Source: Vitrella brassicaformis CCMP3155 | Lineage: Eukaryota > Protista > Chromerida | Length of the DNA stretch: 64,000 nucleotides | Assembly: GCA_001179505.1 (NCBI GenBank) | Contig: CDMY01000620.1 | Coordinates: 4,844 to 68,843, forward strand | Direction of reading: 5' to 3' | Part shown: piece by piece, positions 60,012 through 64,000 of the stretch | Layout: the number at the start of each line of letters is the position of its first letter | Numbering within the stretch: position 1 is the stretch's first letter | Notes under the pieces: generated by a model | Told to the model about the DNA's origin: nothing | The model's input: the letters and a program-made list of their open reading frames with translations, nothing else | Database searches by the model: none | Made by a program: the position numbers and the translations under genes

Positions 60012-60921
60012 ATGGCCCTCTTGAGTTTTCTCGTAGGATGGAGTTTAGTCGCTACCGTGACCATCATGGGAGAGGATAGCCCTCCAGAGAGGAATCTGGG
60101 TTTTGGACTCAAGAAGCACATGCTGACCGCCACAGCGACGAAAGAGACCAGTGACCGTGTGGTCCCTCCTTTCTTTTCCGCCCGCCGCATGGAGACCCCC
60201 AACATGACACGAGCTCGCTATGAGATACAACACGAATATGACGACTACTTCAACCACCAGAAGAAGTGTCGGGCACGGGGTGGCAAGCTCGCGGAACCGT
60301 CTTCTGTGGTAAGAGAGGGGGAAACGAATGAGTCGTCTTACTGGTTGGCGGTTTTCGTAGGCTGACTTGGAGGCTATGTTTAATGCTACGCGAGATTTTG
60401 GCGGCTCCATGAAGAACATGATATTCCTAATCGGTATCGTCATGAGACAGGTATGCACAGGCACCTGATCGCCACACCTACACGACTGCGTTGTCATCAC
60501 ACACAGGAATGCCATCCTGCCACCCAGCGGTTTGAGCACAGCTGCTGGACATTCGCAAGCAAGCCAAAAGGAGGGGATGCGCCATGGTTCTTCGGTAGGT
60601 CAGCAAGCCTGCCCGCAACCCTTCAAACGTCTATGACACCCAGGAACGAGTTACTGGCCCGAACCCAGGAAGCAGCCCGACAATTTTCGGCATGAGGGTC
60701 AGAACTGCACATACTACGTCAGCTCGATTTGGCCGGGAGCAAGGGGGTTCAACACCCCTCTTGAGCCCCTCCTGCCGCACGGCACAATCGGCGATGAAGT
60801 ATGCACACACGACTTCCGAGCCTTGTGCGAATTCCCCACTGCAAACGCCACGGAAACCGCGGAGAGGTACGGGGATGGGCGAAATACAGCAGAAGGCAGG
60901 ACAGACTTTTTCGTTCCTTGA
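60012..60921 (+). CDS. Secreted C-type lectin domain protein with QPD motif (about 4 exons)
   Basis: Signal-like MALLSFLVGWSLVA; YFNHQKKCRARGGKLAEP; spliced WFFGRKQPDNFRHEGQNC...GDEVCTHDFRALCE. Confidence 0.7.
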
Positions 60922-61306
60922 GCAGGTAGAATGGGGTGACAAAAGGCATGACTGAAAGTGGCAATTATCTTGGGGACAGTCAGGCAGTGGCTCATGCACA
61001 CACACCCCACGAGAGAGACGTGGGTACGTATATGGGTACATGTAGGCACACGAAGTCACAACCGTTAAATGGGAAGACTGCACGCTTTAGCACACAGACA
61101 CACCCTTCTAGGAGAAAATATATGTCAATTGTAGATCGTGATTTACACATTTTGCGGACGAGGTCTTTGGTACCACATCTGTTCTCACCAAGCGTGATAC
61201 CCTGGGTCAGATTCGTCTGATGTATTTGGCTTTCGTCTGATGCGTTTGGATGGACAAAAAGCTCATGTATTCGATAGAATCAAAAAGTGTCAACGTAGAA
61301 AGCACG

Positions 61307-62734
61307 CTAGGCGTTGAAGTTCACAAGCTGTCTCATCAGTCCGTCGCTGCTCACATGATGATCCGTCCGTACATGCCAGACATTCACCTGAGATGGGAGT
61401 TCATGCAGTAATATCCAAAAAAAAGGCCTGTCATATCGTCCTCACCTCGGTACAGTTGGATGCAAGAGGCTCAAAGTCACTCAGCGGCAGTCCAAACTGG
61501 GTGAGAAAGTCTGTTTCCTACATTATTACGCAGATTGTCGTCACTAGAATAAAGTAGCAGGTTACATCAAGTCAAACGTGTCGTCTCTCATACCAAGCCG
61601 AATCGCTTCTCAGAGTTTGGGTCCCAACGCGGCGCGTTTGAGGAATATGGAAGGAAAAAGCCAACGTGGATCCCAAATCCTGCGAAGGTATCGACTGTTT
61701 GTATGTTTAGAAACCCATTTGGGTGTCTCCCTGGCCCACCTGACGTATCAATAGGATACCTAGCTCCCCGCCACTGCTCAAAGCATTCCCCGAAGGAGCA
61801 AATCAGCCGATGAAAGCCTGGCAACCGCTCCTTACAGGGATGTAGTCGCGTATTTTTCCTGTTCTTGCGTCCACGACGCATCGCTGGAAGAGGAATCCCG
61901 AAACAGACCCCACCGGCCACACTCCTATCCTCTTCACTTTGCGTATCTCTGCAAATAGCTGAAGGTCGTACGCGTTATCGTCATCTGCGAAATAGACCAC
62001 GCCGGCCTGAACGTCGAAAAAGCGCAGTCCGAACACTCAGACGAACCCAGGACAATAATTCTTCCTTATGCTGACCTCATAGGCTTCTCGCAGGTAGGTG
62101 TCAGTCTCGCTGTTAATCATATGGCGAATGTAGTCGAGTGCTGCATTCCTCTGCTCTGCACCCTTGACACGGTATTGGCCAGCCGTCGGAAAGTGAAGGT
62201 GCGACCAATGACTCACAGGACTGTCGTGCAACAATCTCTCAATGCGCTTGCTGGGCCTTTCTGCATCCTCAACCAACGTCAGATGCTGAAAACATGCAGT
62301 TGCGGGGTGAACGGGCAAGAGAGAGACACTGCAACTGATACCAAATTCTCAACGTGGCCGATAGTATTGGTAAACCGCACAAGATCAAGGCGCTGTGTCA
62401 CACGGCTGTACGTCGGTGTTATCACAAACAGCCAACGGACCCCGGGGCACCTAACAGGAACCAACACAGGGGGAAAGTGACAAGGCGACGGCTCGTACCA
62501 CCAATGTATTGGGGCAAGCGAATAGGAATTGGAATGCTGATATTTCCGTGCAAGGCCAGGGATGAATGGTTGCCGGATCTTTTGAACGATATCCTGAGGT
62601 ATCTCCCCCCGTTGCGGACGACCGGCATGCCATCCTTGATCATTACTCGTGCACTCGTCGGAGACTCCACAATACTTCATCCGGTATGCGTATGAAAAAG
62701 CGAGCAGAGAGAGAAAAAACAAAGACAGCATCAT
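61307..62734 (-). CDS. Glycosyltransferase family 43 (beta-1,3-glucuronosyltransferase-like), multi-exon
   Basis: N-terminal hydrophobic anchor; LFVITPTY, RLDLVRFTNT, LVEDAE, QRNAALDYIR, VYFADDDNAYDLQLF, ETDFLTQF, EPLASNCTE and VNVWHVRT. Confidence 0.9.
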
Positions 62735-62884
62735 AGCAACTACCGGGACGAACGGTTACCTGGGGAGGTGGTCGCATTCTGAGAATTCTCGTCCTAAACC
62801 GTACATTTGTGTCGTTCCTTTGTATGCTGCTGATCTCGCTCTGCTTCATACGTGTCCTGGCTTGCAATAGAGCCTTAATCCCTT

Positions 62885-62995
62885 CGCGTGGATGGTGCTC
62901 TCAGCGCCATCTCGACGTTCGTGAAGTGAAGACCGACATGGTTGTTTTTCACCCGGAGGTTGCCCCCGGAAATGATTGTTTTTCTGTCCTCGCTC
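62885..62995 (+). repeat. Copy of the 55545-55650 repeat with a ~30-bp insertion
   Basis: GTGGAT(G/A).TGCTCTCAGCGCCATCTCGACG...TTTTCACCCGGAG.TTGCCCCCGGAAATGATTGTTTTTCTGTCCTCGCTC is shared. Confidence 0.75.
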
Positions 62996-64000
62996 TGCTC
63001 CCGGGTCGGCTTGTGGTTGTGCCGATGGAGCGGTGTCTAGTAGTAGAATGGGTGAGTGATGTAACTTTGAACGACGGACACTATGCCAACCTCCAGAGGG
63101 CCCGAGTGGCCACACTGGAGCATGAAAATGCTTTACCAAGCAACATTGAATCAACAGTTCAACAGTCCAATGCCAACTCATTCAGTTTTAACACCATTTT
63201 CCCCGATCTTGCTCCTGTTTTGTCCTTCCCTAACTCACTTGGCACAATAAGGCCCGTCACCTTAGCATGTCAGTTTCACAACGCCTACCCTAATGCTGCT
63301 CAATTCTAGAACACGGCAGAGATGCTGACATCTCCCTCCCTTCATCAGCGCAGCGGTATATCATCAATGACGAGGCGAAATGCTCTTCAGTGTCATGTTT
63401 CTTCTCGTGTGTTAACTGTCCGTGTGTCATTTCATGCCACCCTGTAGCATTCCCTCCCTTCATGTGCTGGGCTCCGAACAGCACCATTGTCGACTGCAGG
63501 GTGCGGAAGGCGCATGAATATGACACATGATCCATCTCACATCAACACATCCGCTGAGTGATGCACCTCGGCTGCAGAAGAAGAAAACCCACAGACAGTG
63601 ACAAAAACTCCTTCCTCCGCTTCGCCATCCGAATGGCCCAACCCACCAATGACCATTCGCATGGATACAGGACCGGCTGCTGTGCAGCGCGTCTTCCTCT
63701 CAGGCGTGGGAGTCCTGGCACCCTGACGAAGCTGTCATTCGTGTGTGTCATCACTCGTGCCACAGCAACATGACGTCGCAGCACCTCGCGAGTGCACACG
63801 AGTCCCGGGATTTGTTGTTCGTCGAGTTCCTCTCCCAACCGTTTGTAAACACTGTAGCCTGTGCGGGCTTAGCTCACTCAGCCTCTCCATTCGCCTTCTG
63901 ATTGTGAGAAAAGGCCGGTGAGGACCTTTCCTGTAGTTAGCTGAATAGAGGATCTGCTGGGCGGTAAGTCCCAGAGTAAGAGTGCTTTTACTTTAATAGG

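Noticed and set aside
59563-60024. 153-aa ORF upstream of the lectin gene
   Set aside because: No recognisable motif, and I could not splice it convincingly to the lectin exons.

Overview
Eukaryotic, intron-rich, repeat-dense genomic window. Short GT-AG introns with (GT)n/(CA)n tracts and GC-rich exons suggest an alveolate such as the chromerid Vitrella; this is an inference and was not checked. There are five 300-N scaffold gaps and one 14-N gap. Host genes are mostly glycan-related: a 5'-partial PAN/Apple-GH3 beta-glucosidase, a circularly permuted (Fibrobacter-type) GH16 beta-glucanase fused to a PAN/Apple domain, two convergent bacterial-type arylsulfotransferases (Ig-like + ASST), an EamA/DMT-like transporter, a QPD-type C-type lectin, a GT43 glucuronosyltransferase and one intron-rich unknown gene. 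Mobile DNA fills most of the rest: an 8.5-kb Ngaro-type tyrosine-recombinase retrotransposon with a complete A1-ORFs-B1-A2-B2 split-direct-repeat layout and spliceosomal introns in gag, a chromodomain Ty3/Gypsy remnant, a near-intact CRE-like RLE non-LTR element plus fragments, a tRNA-derived SINE sharing its tail with LINE ends, a ~3-kb foldback element with a 4-bp TSD, CAC...GTG TIR elements, and a 3.7-kb TG...CA insertion carrying a gene. No rRNA, intact tRNA or CRISPR array was seen. Gene models were read by hand and exon edges are approximate.
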